Notes: generated by a model not told the origin, from the sequence alone. Shown: positions 34,347 through 43,877, counted from the stretch's first letter. The stretch is 45,165 bases of DNA from an uncultured archaeon (GCA_964564335.1 CAZMBV010000001.1:1-45165), one strand, 5' to 3'. Translations and numbers: made by a program.

Positions 34347-35387
34347 ATGCTACCTGTAATTAGTAAGTGTGGGAATATGTGCTCAAGCTGTCCATGGGGA
34401 GTTTGGGTCAGAAGAAATCAGACAGAAGAGGAGTGGGAGTCATTTGCTGAGGACGTGAAGAAGTACGTGGGATATTCTCCTACACAGAATCCCTGTCATG
34501 GTTGTCAGACACCGAATGAAAAACTTGCAAAAGATGTTGGAGTCCATAACTTTCTCAGAGGTTGTTCTGCTCGTAAATGTGCATTTCACAATGAAATCAG
34601 AAATTGTGCTTTCTGCTCAAGATATCCCTGTGATAAAATCAACGCATTGAATGTTAGCAATAGCAGAGAACAGGCTGAGCAGCGATTAGGTGGGTCAATG
34701 CCTGATGACAAGTACCAATCATTTGTCCGAATCTTTGAAGGAAAGAAGACACTAGATGAAATTCGTAAGGGTCTAAGTTCGGACCAGATTCAGGAAGTCA
34801 AAACTACTGAACAAAAGCCTCCCAAGATTATAGCATTTCCTACTGTTGAGAAGAAACATCTTAGATACAAGACTCTTCATGATGCACTTTCGACGATACT
34901 TTCATCCAAGCTAGGGTTTATTGACATAGACACATTAGCTGTACAAGAGATGCTTGACTCACGACGTGCTGTTCTTATACGATTACTATGGATACTTGCA
35001 AATTTCGGATTGTTAGATGGTGAGACATTATCAGTAGACTCGATTACAATAAATAATCACAAGAAGGGAACATCGGGTTTTCCAACCACGGAAGGTGGGT
35101 GGATTAGATGGTTGGAGATTCTCTCAAAAACAGGGATTCGCGCAAACTTGATACTTGCACCAATTGAGAAGAGTGAGCTTATTACTCCTATTGGATGGTT
35201 AAGAGATAGATTACCTGGTTCAAATGTCCCTGGGTATCATGTGACCGTGTCTTTTGATAACTTGCTGGGTGGATTAGAATCTTTGAAGTTGCTTCACACC
35301 TTTGCAACACAACTAGATGATGCATATGGAAAGAAAGCATTTGCCGCCTTCAAGAAAGCAGATATGCGATATCTCGAAAAGAAGTAA
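34347..35387 (+). CDS. DUF3795-like Cys-rich domain fused to an unassigned ~250-aa C-terminal region
   Basis: CGNMCSSCPW ... CHGCQ ... CSARKCAFHNEIRNCAFCSRYPCDKI resembles DUF3795. The track start is TTG at 34275; I prefer the ATG at 34347, which is preceded by gagg. Confidence 0.5.
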   Translation: MLPVISKCGNMCSSCPWGVWVRRNQTEEEWESFAEDVKKYVGYSPTQNPCHGCQTPNEKLAKDVGVHNFLRGCSARKCAFHNEIRNCAFCSRYPCDKINALNVSNSREQAEQRLGGSMPDDKYQSFVRIFEGKKTLDEIRKGLSSDQIQEVKTTEQKPPKIIAFPTVEKKHLRYKTLHDALSTILSSKLGFIDIDTLAVQEMLDSRRAVLIRLLWILANFGLLDGETLSVDSITINNHKKGTSGFPTTEGGWIRWLEILSKTGIRANLILAPIEKSELITPIGWLRDRLPGSNVPGYHVTVSFDNLLGGLESLKLLHTFATQLDDAYGKKAFAAFKKADMRYLEKK

Positions 35388-35432
35388 AAAAAAATTCACG
35401 AATACAGGTGACATAATTTGGTATTAGAAATA

Positions 35433-36101
35433 ATGAGCCAGATTCACTCTGAATTAAAAGCAAAAGGTAATCCAGAGCGAAAGGAAAAGATTGCTGGATA
35501 CCTGAAAACTTCTTCTCTAGAATTCATAGGTGTTGAACTTCCAGACATACACAAAATTGTTACAAAGAGCATCAAAGGAGTTAATGTCGATGATATGCGG
35601 GAACTCATGGACGAGCTTTGGAAGATTGAAACTTTTGAAACCCGTCTTGCAGCTATTGACATCATGAAAGAGTACGGAAAGAAGGGGTCGATAGACATAG
35701 CAATGTCGATGGCTGACCGTTGGATTGATGATGTTGACACTTGGGCAATAACTGACCCACTTTGCTCACCAACAATAGGATCAATGATATTACGGGATTC
35801 AAAAGTAGAATTGATTTTAAAATCGTGGAGTAATTCTGAAAATTTTTGGAGACGCCGATGTTCATTTCTTCCATATCTTTACTTGGCACTCAAAACACAG
35901 TACCAACCGGAATTTGCAAAGAAGATACTTGTAGTAGTTACTCCTCATGTCGCTGATAAGGAATTCTTTGTCGGAAAAGCTGCAGGCTGGGTCCTACGAG
36001 AATTGAGCAAAAGAAATCCTGATGTGGTCCGAGAATTTTTCAATAACAATCGAAATAGAATGACGAAACTTGTTATTAGAGAAGGAGAAAAAAAGCTATA
36101 G
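35433..36101 (+). CDS. DNA alkylation repair protein (AlkC/AlkD-like HEAT-repeat family)
   Basis: Family-typical blocks: KAKGNPERKEKIAGYLKT, FIGVELPDI, FETRLAAIDIM, VDTWAITDPLC, NFWRRRCSFL and FFVGKAAGWVLRELSKRNPDVV. The track start is TTG at 35418; I prefer the ATG at 35433. Confidence 0.7.
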   Translation: MSQIHSELKAKGNPERKEKIAGYLKTSSLEFIGVELPDIHKIVTKSIKGVNVDDMRELMDELWKIETFETRLAAIDIMKEYGKKGSIDIAMSMADRWIDDVDTWAITDPLCSPTIGSMILRDSKVELILKSWSNSENFWRRRCSFLPYLYLALKTQYQPEFAKKILVVVTPHVADKEFFVGKAAGWVLRELSKRNPDVVREFFNNNRNRMTKLVIREGEKKL

Positions 36102-36143
36102 ACCTCAGAGAATCATGTTTTACTCTTTCTCACCTCTGAGGTC
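36101..36143. terminator. Bidirectional hairpin between convergent genes
   Basis: Perfect 10-bp inverted repeat gacctcagag (36101-36110) / ctctgaggtc (36134-36143) with a 23-nt T-rich loop. It lies in the 52-bp gap between the stops at 36101 and 36154. Confidence 0.4.
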
Positions 36144-36153
36144 AATGGTTGTA

Positions 36154-37716
36154 TCATCTTCTTAGTTTCAAAACCACTACAATAACTATTATTGAGATAC
36201 TACTTATCCCAAGAAAGAGAACAAGGTTCATATCAATATTGAATCCGGAGGTTGTAGTTGTTGTAGTTGTTGTAGTTGTTGTAGTATTAGTTATCACACT
36301 AGCTGCAGTCACAATGACTTGGACTGTGTCATCAGCATCATATCCTCGCGTATCAATAACTCGTAATTTGAAGGAATAAGTACCCACTGATAGACCATCA
36401 ATAGAATATGAAATGGTTGAACCATCCCAAGTTTCATTGCGGTTCAAGACGCTGTTTTGGTAGATTTCATATCTATCTGGGATTGAGGATGAAGGGCGCC
36501 AGATAATTGAGTAGCCTGTCTGACCATATTTATATGTCATATCCTCTGGTGAATCTATCATTGGTAAGGTACTATAAATTGTTACAATTACTGTATCTGT
36601 CTTATTGTCATTTGATGTTCCATTAACGAATAATGTGTAGTTATACAATCCAAGCGTATCCGTTGACACACTTGTCGAGATATCAGATCCATTCCATACT
36701 CCTGAATCGTGAATCTCTTCATTTCTATAGATTATGAAATAATTTGGTACTTCAGAGAATGCATCCCATATTATCGTAGCAGTTGAACCTATTTCGAATT
36801 TAACATCATCATGGTTTACTAAAACAACAGAGGTGTGTCCCATCGGGTAGTGGTCGACAGAACCCGCTGATCCAGAAATAGAGTAGTTGCCCGATCCACC
36901 ATAATTCGACCACCAATTTCCTGTGGTAACATTGTCATCCCACAAGTTAGTAGCCCCATTATCATGACCTGTCCCAAAACATTGCATGAAATCATATTTG
37001 ATTACATTGTTGTAAATGACATTGTTGTAAGAAACTCCTGTAACATCAATCTGATATATCGAGTTTAGAATAAGCTGGTTGCCAATAATCGTTGAATTTA
37101 CCGTATCTTCCAACCAAATTCCGTTTGCACCACAACTTGAGATATCAGATCCCATAGCTGTTATATTGCTACAATTATCAAGATATATACCATCTCCGGG
37201 TGCACCACTAATTGTACAGTGTGAAATATTGCAGTTGCTGGAATCCTCTATATCAATGCACGAAGTTCCTATCAGACGATCTAATTGAATTCCAGAGCAA
37301 TTATCAATTGTCATTCCCCAGATGAAATTTTCTGTAGAACAATATCGAATCTGACCATTTGTTACATTCTCCAAGGTAAAAGCCGATGCAAATACAGTTG
37401 TATTAAATGAACAGTTCGTAATTTTGAAGTATGCTGTTGTATTGGATATACTTATGCATGGTCCATCTGCTTCAATTGGATCTGTAAACTCAAATAATTC
37501 AATCGTATAGGGATTATCTAGAGTTCCTTCTCCCATCCAACCTCCACTTGCAAAACCATCATTTGAGGTTATGTTGATAGAATCATGAGATAGGTAAACT
37601 TGCTCAGAAATTGTACTTATTTCCAGTTTTCCTTCATCTGATACGAATGTTCTATTAGTTCCATTTGAACAGAGTAATAGTGCTAGTATAAAACACATTA
37701 CTACTATCTTTCTCAT
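36154..37716 (-). CDS. Secreted right-handed beta-helix (NosD/PbH1-like) surface glycoprotein with two Ig-like repeats, poly-Thr linker and C-terminal TM anchor
   Basis: Signal peptide MRKIVVMCFILALLLCSNG. PbH1-like repeats (NCSGIQL, NCNISHCTISG, DNCSNITAMG, GIWLEDTVNSTIIGN) and a NosD-type end GNWWSNYGG...DHYPM. Two ~90-aa internal repeats follow, then T12, then SGF + hydrophobic helix + KLRR. About 20 N-x-S/T sequons by my count. ggaggg precedes the ATG. Confidence 0.75.
   Translation of the reverse strand: MRKIVVMCFILALLLCSNGTNRTFVSDEGKLEISTISEQVYLSHDSINITSNDGFASGGWMGEGTLDNPYTIELFEFTDPIEADGPCISISNTTAYFKITNCSFNTTVFASAFTLENVTNGQIRYCSTENFIWGMTIDNCSGIQLDRLIGTSCIDIEDSSNCNISHCTISGAPGDGIYLDNCSNITAMGSDISSCGANGIWLEDTVNSTIIGNQLILNSIYQIDVTGVSYNNVIYNNVIKYDFMQCFGTGHDNGATNLWDDNVTTGNWWSNYGGSGNYSISGSAGSVDHYPMGHTSVVLVNHDDVKFEIGSTATIIWDAFSEVPNYFIIYRNEEIHDSGVWNGSDISTSVSTDTLGLYNYTLFVNGTSNDNKTDTVIVTIYSTLPMIDSPEDMTYKYGQTGYSIIWRPSSSIPDRYEIYQNSVLNRNETWDGSTISYSIDGLSVGTYSFKLRVIDTRGYDADDTVQVIVTAASVITNTTTTTTTTTTTTSGFNIDMNLVLFLGISSISIIVIVVVLKLRR
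36251..36286. repeat. 9-bp microsatellite (gttgtagtt x4) encoding the poly-Thr linker
   Basis: gttgtagtt occurs at 36251, 36260 and 36269, with gttgtagta at 36278. On the minus strand these encode consecutive ACN Thr codons. Confidence 0.9.
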
Positions 37717-37978
37717 TCTTGAATCCCTCCAATTTCGTTATTATCTGCATCAATGTTTGTCAAATTGTTTACTACAGAATTAGATTAATGGTATAAACCA
37801 TTGTAGCTTCTTATTGATTCTTAATGCGAATTTCCACGATATACAAATTGGAATAGGCTACTATTTATTCCTTTCTTCTAGAAGAGGGTTGTTAGAATAG
37901 AACTAAAGAATATAACTAAGGTAACTCTATGACCACGAGAGATGGAATTATCAAGGGACTATTCTCAAGAGAAACATC

Positions 37979-39202
37979 ATGATTGAGATTTCCATGGATG
38001 ATGCGAGAAGATTTGTATTGGCGGCTCAGGGTCTCAGGACCAGTAATCCCTGCAAGTCTGTTGTGGATGTTGCTAAGCAAATCCATAACATCCAAATTGA
38101 CACAATTTCTGTCGTTTCAAGGAGTCATAATCTTATCACGTTTAATCGATTTTCTCAATATGAAGATGGAACAATCTGGGACTACCAGAAGAAGGGTGAC
38201 TTGTTTGAGTACTGGTCTCATTCGATGTGCATGATGCCTATGGAAACCTATCCCTTCTCTGCTTGGCGACGACAGTTCTATCCAGGGAATCGAACAAAGA
38301 AATGGGCTCTTGAGAATAGAGACGTGATCGACTCAGTATATAGGCATGTGAAGAAGAATGGGATGACGAACAGTGCATCGATTGGTGAACGTAAAGAAGA
38401 TTCAACTGGCTGGTGGGATTGGAAGGTAGAGAAACGTGCCTTAGAATATCTCTATACTATCGGGAAGCTGATGGTTGCTTATCGGAAAGGTTTCCAGAAA
38501 TACTATGATTTGATCGAACGTGTTTTGCCGGCTCACATAGACTCTGAACCTATGAGCGATGTAGAAGCTGCAGAGTATGTAGTTGACTCCTCTCTTGCTT
38601 CTCTTGGAATAGGATGCTATGATGACATCCGGACCTATCACAATAAATTGCCATCTCAGAAACTTTGGAAGGGTAGGAAGGAACTGATTGAAGCATACCT
38701 GGATCAAAGAGTGAAGAATGGAGATCTTGAAGAGGTATCGGTTGATGGTTTCACGGAACGTTACTTCGTTCTTGCCTCTAACACTCAAAAGTTACAATCT
38801 CAGAATAAAGCCTATCTAGATACTGCTCCAGTGAAAATTCTCACACCATTTGACAACATCTTACGAGAACGCGCTTTTCCCAAACGAATCTGGGGATTTG
38901 ATTACAAGATTGAGTGTTATGTTCCTGCCCCTAACAGAGTCTATGGCTATTTTGTTCTGCCAATTCTTGACAAAGCTGAGTTGGCTGGAAGACTTGATGC
39001 GAAAGCTCATCGGAAGGATAGAATTCTCGAAGTGAAATCTCTGTATATCGAGAATGATGAACTTGGGACTGCAAATGGGCTAGAACGCTTACAGAAAGGC
39101 TTGGATGACTTTGCACAGTTTCATGATTGCGATTCAATCAACGTCGGAAAGGTTACGCCAAGGAAATATAGCAAGAAAATCCGCAATCTATTCGACTATT
39201 AG
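37979..39202 (+). CDS. YcaQ/AlkZ-family winged-helix DNA glycosylase-like protein (HTH_42/DUF1006)
   Basis: ARRFVLAAQGL, IQIDTISVVSRSH (a Q-I-D motif as in YcaQ), EYWSHSMC, GWWDWK, ECYVPAPNRVYGYFVLPIL and GRLDAKAHRKDRILEV match the family pattern as I recall it. Confidence 0.75.
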   Translation: MIEISMDDARRFVLAAQGLRTSNPCKSVVDVAKQIHNIQIDTISVVSRSHNLITFNRFSQYEDGTIWDYQKKGDLFEYWSHSMCMMPMETYPFSAWRRQFYPGNRTKKWALENRDVIDSVYRHVKKNGMTNSASIGERKEDSTGWWDWKVEKRALEYLYTIGKLMVAYRKGFQKYYDLIERVLPAHIDSEPMSDVEAAEYVVDSSLASLGIGCYDDIRTYHNKLPSQKLWKGRKELIEAYLDQRVKNGDLEEVSVDGFTERYFVLASNTQKLQSQNKAYLDTAPVKILTPFDNILRERAFPKRIWGFDYKIECYVPAPNRVYGYFVLPILDKAELAGRLDAKAHRKDRILEVKSLYIENDELGTANGLERLQKGLDDFAQFHDCDSINVGKVTPRKYSKKIRNLFDY

Positions 39203-39361
39203 AAATGACCCAATATGAAATCTTAATTATCCTCGAAGCGAACAATCATTAACCTTATTTGTGCAGATTAGAATTCATAATACGGAGAGCCATTTGTGGG
39301 GAATGGATTTCTGATATGTAATGACGGCCTTCATAAATAAGGGCGTGCGGAAGGTAACATA

Positions 39362-39949
39362 ATGAAAGATCAGGACGATGGCAGTAAAATCATGAAAGCA
39401 GTGCTCATCGGTGATGGGGCTGTTGGGAAGACAAGCATTCGCCGCAATTATCTTGGAGAAGATTTCACCGAAGGTCATATTGCTACTATTGGAGTCGATT
39501 TGGCAACCAAGAGAGTTCTATTTGAACAAGAAATCGTCAAATTCATCATTTGGGACCTTGCAGGTCAACCAACCTTCGAAAAAGTTCGAGGACACTATTA
39601 TTCGGGCTGCAATGGTATATGCCTTGTTTATTCCGTGAATAATCGAGAATCATTTGATAATGCAAGTAAGTGGTTGGTTGAGGCATTCAAAAACATGGGT
39701 CCACTTCCACCTACTGTCATTATCGCTAACAAAATTGATTTACGTCATACTAATGACAAAACCAAATATGTTACTCGGGAAGAAGGAGAGGAATTCACCA
39801 AATATTTCATTGAGAAACTCGAAGTTCCTGCAATCTATCGAGAGACCTCAGCTAAGACAGGTTCGGGCATCCAGGACACATTTACGGAATTACTGCGAAT
39901 GATGTCTGAGGTTGCAGGTGAGAAAGAGAGCGAGCACTTTATCGGATAG
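39362..39949 (+). CDS. Rab-like small GTPase (Ras superfamily)
   Basis: G1 GDGAVGKT, switch I ATIGVD, G3 WDLAGQ, G4 NKID, G5 ETSAK, plus a Rab-like YYSGC. There is no C-terminal Cys for prenylation. Confidence 0.85.
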   Translation: MKDQDDGSKIMKAVLIGDGAVGKTSIRRNYLGEDFTEGHIATIGVDLATKRVLFEQEIVKFIIWDLAGQPTFEKVRGHYYSGCNGICLVYSVNNRESFDNASKWLVEAFKNMGPLPPTVIIANKIDLRHTNDKTKYVTREEGEEFTKYFIEKLEVPAIYRETSAKTGSGIQDTFTELLRMMSEVAGEKESEHFIG

Positions 39950-40059
39950 ACACTATCAATAAATAGACATTCAAAGCACAATAGTTATTAGTGGTATTAA
40001 TTATAGTTAAGTGTATTGAGAATCGGATAGATTTCTGAGCAATTGCTACTGGTCAAAGA

Positions 40060-42888
40060 GTGAATTTCATGAGTCAGAAAGTGGATGAACGTAAAGATCG
40101 AATGTCATTGAAAATAGAAGGCATGCATTGCGCTTCTTGTGTGGCAACGATTGAGAAATCGCTTCTGAATGAAGATGGGGTGATCTCTGCAACTGTTAGT
40201 CTCCTTGATGAAAAGGCTGTTATTGAATATGATTCATCTCGCGTGGATAGAAGCCGACTTGAACGTGCCGTAGATTCGAGTGGATATAGATCCAAGAGAA
40301 CTGCGATGACAATAACGATTTCGGGAGCTGAATCCGAAGCTGATTGGGAGTTAATAAAGCAAGAAATGCAAAAGCACAGAGGAGTCATAACAATCAATAC
40401 GTTTCCTGAAAGAAACAAACTACTCTTAGAATATGATGAAGATTTATTGACATACAAGATGGTCAAAAAAGCAATTCGTGAAATGGGATTCGAACCAGAA
40501 GAAAGAGAAGGAACAGACGGTGACCGCGAGACTCTTGCGAGAGAAAAGGAGCGTCGTTATTATCTTGGGCTCTTAGCATTCTCTTTACTTTTAGCCATCC
40601 CCGTAGTTCTCATTCACTTTCATCTATTCGACGCTATCATTCCAGTGGAAGGTACCAAAAAACTACTGATGTTCATACTCGCGACTCCAGTTCAGTTTAT
40701 TGGAGGCTATCCATTCTATAAAGCAGCTCTAAGATCCGCACGACATCTGAAAACAAACATGGATACATTGATTGTGCTTGGTACCAGTGCCGCCTATTTC
40801 TACTCTGTTGCTACAACATTCTTTCTAACTGAATATTCTTCCTTTTATGATACTGCTGTTCTTCTGATAACATTCATCCTACTTGGTCGAACTCTAGAAT
40901 CAATCGCGAAAGGTAGAACATCGAGAGCCATACGAAGTCTGATGGACCTTCAGGCAAAAGTCGCAGTAATTGTAAGAGATGGGGAAGAAGTAACACTTCC
41001 AATTGAAGATGTCGAGGTCGATGATATTGTATTGATTAGACCTGGCGATCGTGTACCAGTTGATGGCGATGTACTCGAAGGAAAGTCTTCAGTAGATGAA
41101 TCGATGATTACTGGTGAGCCTGTACCAGTGAGCAAAAATCCAGGCGATTCAGTAGTTGGTGGAACGGTGAATAAGAATGGAGTTCTACATGTCCGTGCTG
41201 CTAAAGTGGGAGCTGACACAGTATTATCCCAAATTGTACGGATGGTAGAAGAAGCCCAGACAAATAAGCCACCGATTCAGCGTAAGGCCGATTCTATTGC
41301 AAGTTATTTCACACCTGTCGTCTTACTCATTTCTATCGCGACATTTCTATTTTGGACACTGATAATGTCCGTTGAATGGACATTAGCACTTAACTTTACA
41401 ATAGCTGTTCTTGTAGCCGCTTGCCCATGTGCACTTGGTCTCGCTACACCAACAGCTATCATGGTTGGTATAGGGAAAGGTGCTCAATATGGAATTCTGA
41501 TTAAAACTGGAGACGGACTTGAAACCATACCTGTCATCGACACCATCGTTTTTGATAAAACAGGAACCCTGACTATCGGTCGTCCTACAGTCACTGACAT
41601 CATAGTGGTTGGTGAACTATCTGAAAACGATGCACTTGGTTTTATTGCAGCGGTTGAGAAAAACAGTGAACATCCGCTTGCTGAAGCTATCGTCTATGAG
41701 ACAAGGGAAAGAGGAATTGGCATTTCTGATTCAAATGATTTCAGTTATACCCCTGGCAAAGGTGTCAGTGCCTCCATCAATGGCAAGACTATACATGTTG
41801 GAAGCAGTCAGTTCATGATTGACAAGGGTATTGATTTTACAAAAATAGAAGATCAGGTCATAATGCTTCAACAGCAAGGGAAGACTACTGTCTTTGCTGC
41901 CCAAGAACAGAACCCTCTAGCGGTTCTGGCTATCTCTGACAAATTGAAGCCTTCATCTATTCAAGCTGTACACACCTTGAAGCATTTAGGACTTGATGTC
42001 TGGATGATCACAGGTGACAGATTAGAAACTGCAAAGTCAATTGCATCAACTGTGGGCATTGACCATGTCCTCGCAGAAGTACTCCCAAATGATAAAGCTG
42101 AACAAGTTAAGATGCTTCAAAACCAAGGCAAAATTGTTGCCATGGTAGGTGATGGTGTAAATGATGCAGTTGCTTTGGCTCAAGCTGATGTAGGTATTGC
42201 ACTAGGCTCTGGAACAGATGTGTCTGTCGAGTCTGGCGACATAGTCTTGGTAAAAGATGATTTGCTCGATGTTGTCACAGGCATTCAATTAGGTAAGAGT
42301 ACTATGGCGAAGATCAAGCAAGGCTTCTTCTGGGCTTTGATATACAACATCATACTACTGCCTATTGCTGCTGGTATCCTGTATCCTTCATTGGGACTTG
42401 TATTAAGACCGGAATTTGCTGGATTAGCTATGGCACTTTCGAGTGTCAGTGTTGTGACAAATGCATTGACCCTAAACCGCTTCAAACCTGAGAAAACGAC
42501 AAAATCAGAAGAAAGTATTCAAGAATCAGGTGTTCCTGTCCCAGCTTATCTAGAAGGTGATGTTGCTATTGATCCAATCTGTAAGATGAAAGTTGACATT
42601 GCTACTTCGGACCTCTACAGCGATTACAAGGGTAAGAGGTATTACTTCTGCAATCAAAATTGCAAAGAGACATTTGAAGCAAATCCTGAGGAGTATGAAG
42701 AAGGGACAAACGAACCAGGGGTTCCAAAGATTGCAATCGACCCAATTTGTAAGATGGATGTAGACATAGCAACGGCTACACTATCGAGTGAGTACAATGG
42801 AAAAATGTACTACTTTTGTAGTCAATATTGCGAGGACACCTTTGATGCGAACCCTGAAGAATACAAGGATAAAGATTATCGAGATTAA
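40060..42888 (+). CDS. copA: Copper-translocating P1B-type ATPase with N-terminal HMA and twin C-terminal TRASH/YHS domains
   Basis: GMHCASC HMA domain, [24 protein letters not shown], and two C-terminal copies of DPICKM.VD...YYFC.Q.C..TF.ANPEEY. The track start is GTG at 40060; alternative ATGs lie at 40069 and 40102. Confidence 0.9.
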   Translation: MNFMSQKVDERKDRMSLKIEGMHCASCVATIEKSLLNEDGVISATVSLLDEKAVIEYDSSRVDRSRLERAVDSSGYRSKRTAMTITISGAESEADWELIKQEMQKHRGVITINTFPERNKLLLEYDEDLLTYKMVKKAIREMGFEPEEREGTDGDRETLAREKERRYYLGLLAFSLLLAIPVVLIHFHLFDAIIPVEGTKKLLMFILATPVQFIGGYPFYKAALRSARHLKTNMDTLIVLGTSAAYFYSVATTFFLTEYSSFYDTAVLLITFILLGRTLESIAKGRTSRAIRSLMDLQAKVAVIVRDGEEVTLPIEDVEVDDIVLIRPGDRVPVDGDVLEGKSSVDESMITGEPVPVSKNPGDSVVGGTVNKNGVLHVRAAKVGADTVLSQIVRMVEEAQTNKPPIQRKADSIASYFTPVVLLISIATFLFWTLIMSVEWTLALNFTIAVLVAACPCALGLATPTAIMVGIGKGAQYGILIKTGDGLETIPVIDTIVFDKTGTLTIGRPTVTDIIVVGELSENDALGFIAAVEKNSEHPLAEAIVYETRERGIGISDSNDFSYTPGKGVSASINGKTIHVGSSQFMIDKGIDFTKIEDQVIMLQQQGKTTVFAAQEQNPLAVLAISDKLKPSSIQAVHTLKHLGLDVWMITGDRLETAKSIASTVGIDHVLAEVLPNDKAEQVKMLQNQGKIVAMVGDGVNDAVALAQADVGIALGSGTDVSVESGDIVLVKDDLLDVVTGIQLGKSTMAKIKQGFFWALIYNIILLPIAAGILYPSLGLVLRPEFAGLAMALSSVSVVTNALTLNRFKPEKTTKSEESIQESGVPVPAYLEGDVAIDPICKMKVDIATSDLYSDYKGKRYYFCNQNCKETFEANPEEYEEGTNEPGVPKIAIDPICKMDVDIATATLSSEYNGKMYYFCSQYCEDTFDANPEEYKDKDYRD

Positions 42889-43211
42889 TATCTTGATGAA
42901 GTAATTTCCTTGATTTTCTTCACAAGTGTATTCTCTGCAGATGATTCAGATCCCCAATCAAAACCAAAGAGACCTTTGCCTCCTCCTGTGCTTATCACAG
43001 TGACTCTAGTTTTCATGTTGGTTTCTGTTGGTTCAAATATTACAGTAATTGATTGATTACTACTGGTTCTCAATACATACTCTTCATGTACAAAGACTGC
43101 AATTGTGCCGTTACCATAGCTCCACCCTTTGCTGTAATTCTTGCTATAATTTCTTCTTAGAAACTGCAACACAGTTTCATCAAATTCACTATCAAACTCT
43201 ATAATTTTCAA
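42885..43211 (-). CDS. Hypothetical 108-aa protein
   Basis: ATG-started ORF that is convergent with copA, with 4-bp overlapping stops. It has a beta-rich composition and a [13 protein letters not shown] motif. No family recognised. Confidence 0.4.
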   Translation of the reverse strand: MKIIEFDSEFDETVLQFLRRNYSKNYSKGWSYGNGTIAVFVHEEYVLRTSSNQSITVIFEPTETNMKTRVTVISTGGGKGLFGFDWGSESSAENTLVKKIKEITSSRY

Positions 43212-43324
43212 TTGCTAATGACCTCTGGAGATATAACTCTCACAAGCTCTAATCCCTTTGAAAGCTTATGATATTTCACCCTTAATCGAGCACAACTTTC
43301 TTGAGTAAGTTCTGTGTATTGTAA

Positions 43325-43777
43325 ATGTGGACGTGTAATGTAATGAGTATTCAGGAGAGAGCATTAGTAAGATTTGCGGGTCCTGAAGATCTTGAATGGT
43401 GTGTTGTTGAAGACAGCTATGTGACCGAGAAGATTATCCGTAACAAGATTGTCAATGATGAAATTATTGTAACAGAGCTTGATGGTCAGCTGATTGGATA
43501 CATTCGTTTAGAATATCTTTGGTCTACAACTCCCTACATAGGTCTCGTATTTGTTATTGATGAGTACAGGAAAGCTGGTGTGGGTAGAAAGATGCTTGGA
43601 TTCTTGGAAGAACATCTTCGTACTCATGGACATGACGCACTGATGAGTTCTTCACAAGCAAACGAACCTGAACCTCAAGCTTGGCATAGGGCTTTTGGAT
43701 TTGAAGAATGTGGTATGATTTCGGGTCTAAATGAGGGTGGGATTGGAGAGATCTTCTTCAGGAAACGATTAACGTAG
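43325..43777 (+). CDS. GNAT-family N-acetyltransferase
   Basis: The acetyl-CoA motif A-like block VIDEYRKAGVGRKMLGFLEEHLRTHG and a C-terminal FGFEECG. Alternative ATG at 43343. Confidence 0.75.
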   Translation: MWTCNVMSIQERALVRFAGPEDLEWCVVEDSYVTEKIIRNKIVNDEIIVTELDGQLIGYIRLEYLWSTTPYIGLVFVIDEYRKAGVGRKMLGFLEEHLRTHGHDALMSSSQANEPEPQAWHRAFGFEECGMISGLNEGGIGEIFFRKRLT

Positions 43778-43842
43778 CTTTGCGTTTCTCAAGATGAGGA
43801 ACCAACACATGAAGAAATATGTTAACATTAAAAAGATGATTC

Positions 43843-43865
43843 GATGAGTGGTATTCCCACTCATC
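43843..43865. terminator. Bidirectional hairpin between convergent genes
   Basis: Perfect 9-bp stem gatgagtgg (43843-43851) / ccactcatc (43857-43865) with a 5-nt loop, followed by taattttaat. It lies between the stops at 43777 and 43878. Confidence 0.4.
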
Positions 43866-43877
43866 TAATTTTAATAT

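Noticed and set aside
36149-36379. 76-aa plus-strand ORF containing a poly-Val run
   Set aside because: It is the antisense reading of the poly-Thr microsatellite at the 3' end of the surface-protein gene.
37929-37982. 17-codon upstream ORF (MTTRDGIIKGLFSRETS) ending in an ATGA overlap with the YcaQ-like start
   Set aside because: It is too short to evaluate and has no RBS or recognisable leader-peptide logic. I treat it as chance unless it proves conserved.
42885-43211. Testing whether the 108-aa ORF could be a roadblock/longin-type partner of the nearby small GTPase
   Set aside because: The sequence pattern does not resemble roadblock/LC7 or longin domains as far as I can judge. It is also separated from the GTPase by copA on the opposite strand, so I left it as hypothetical.
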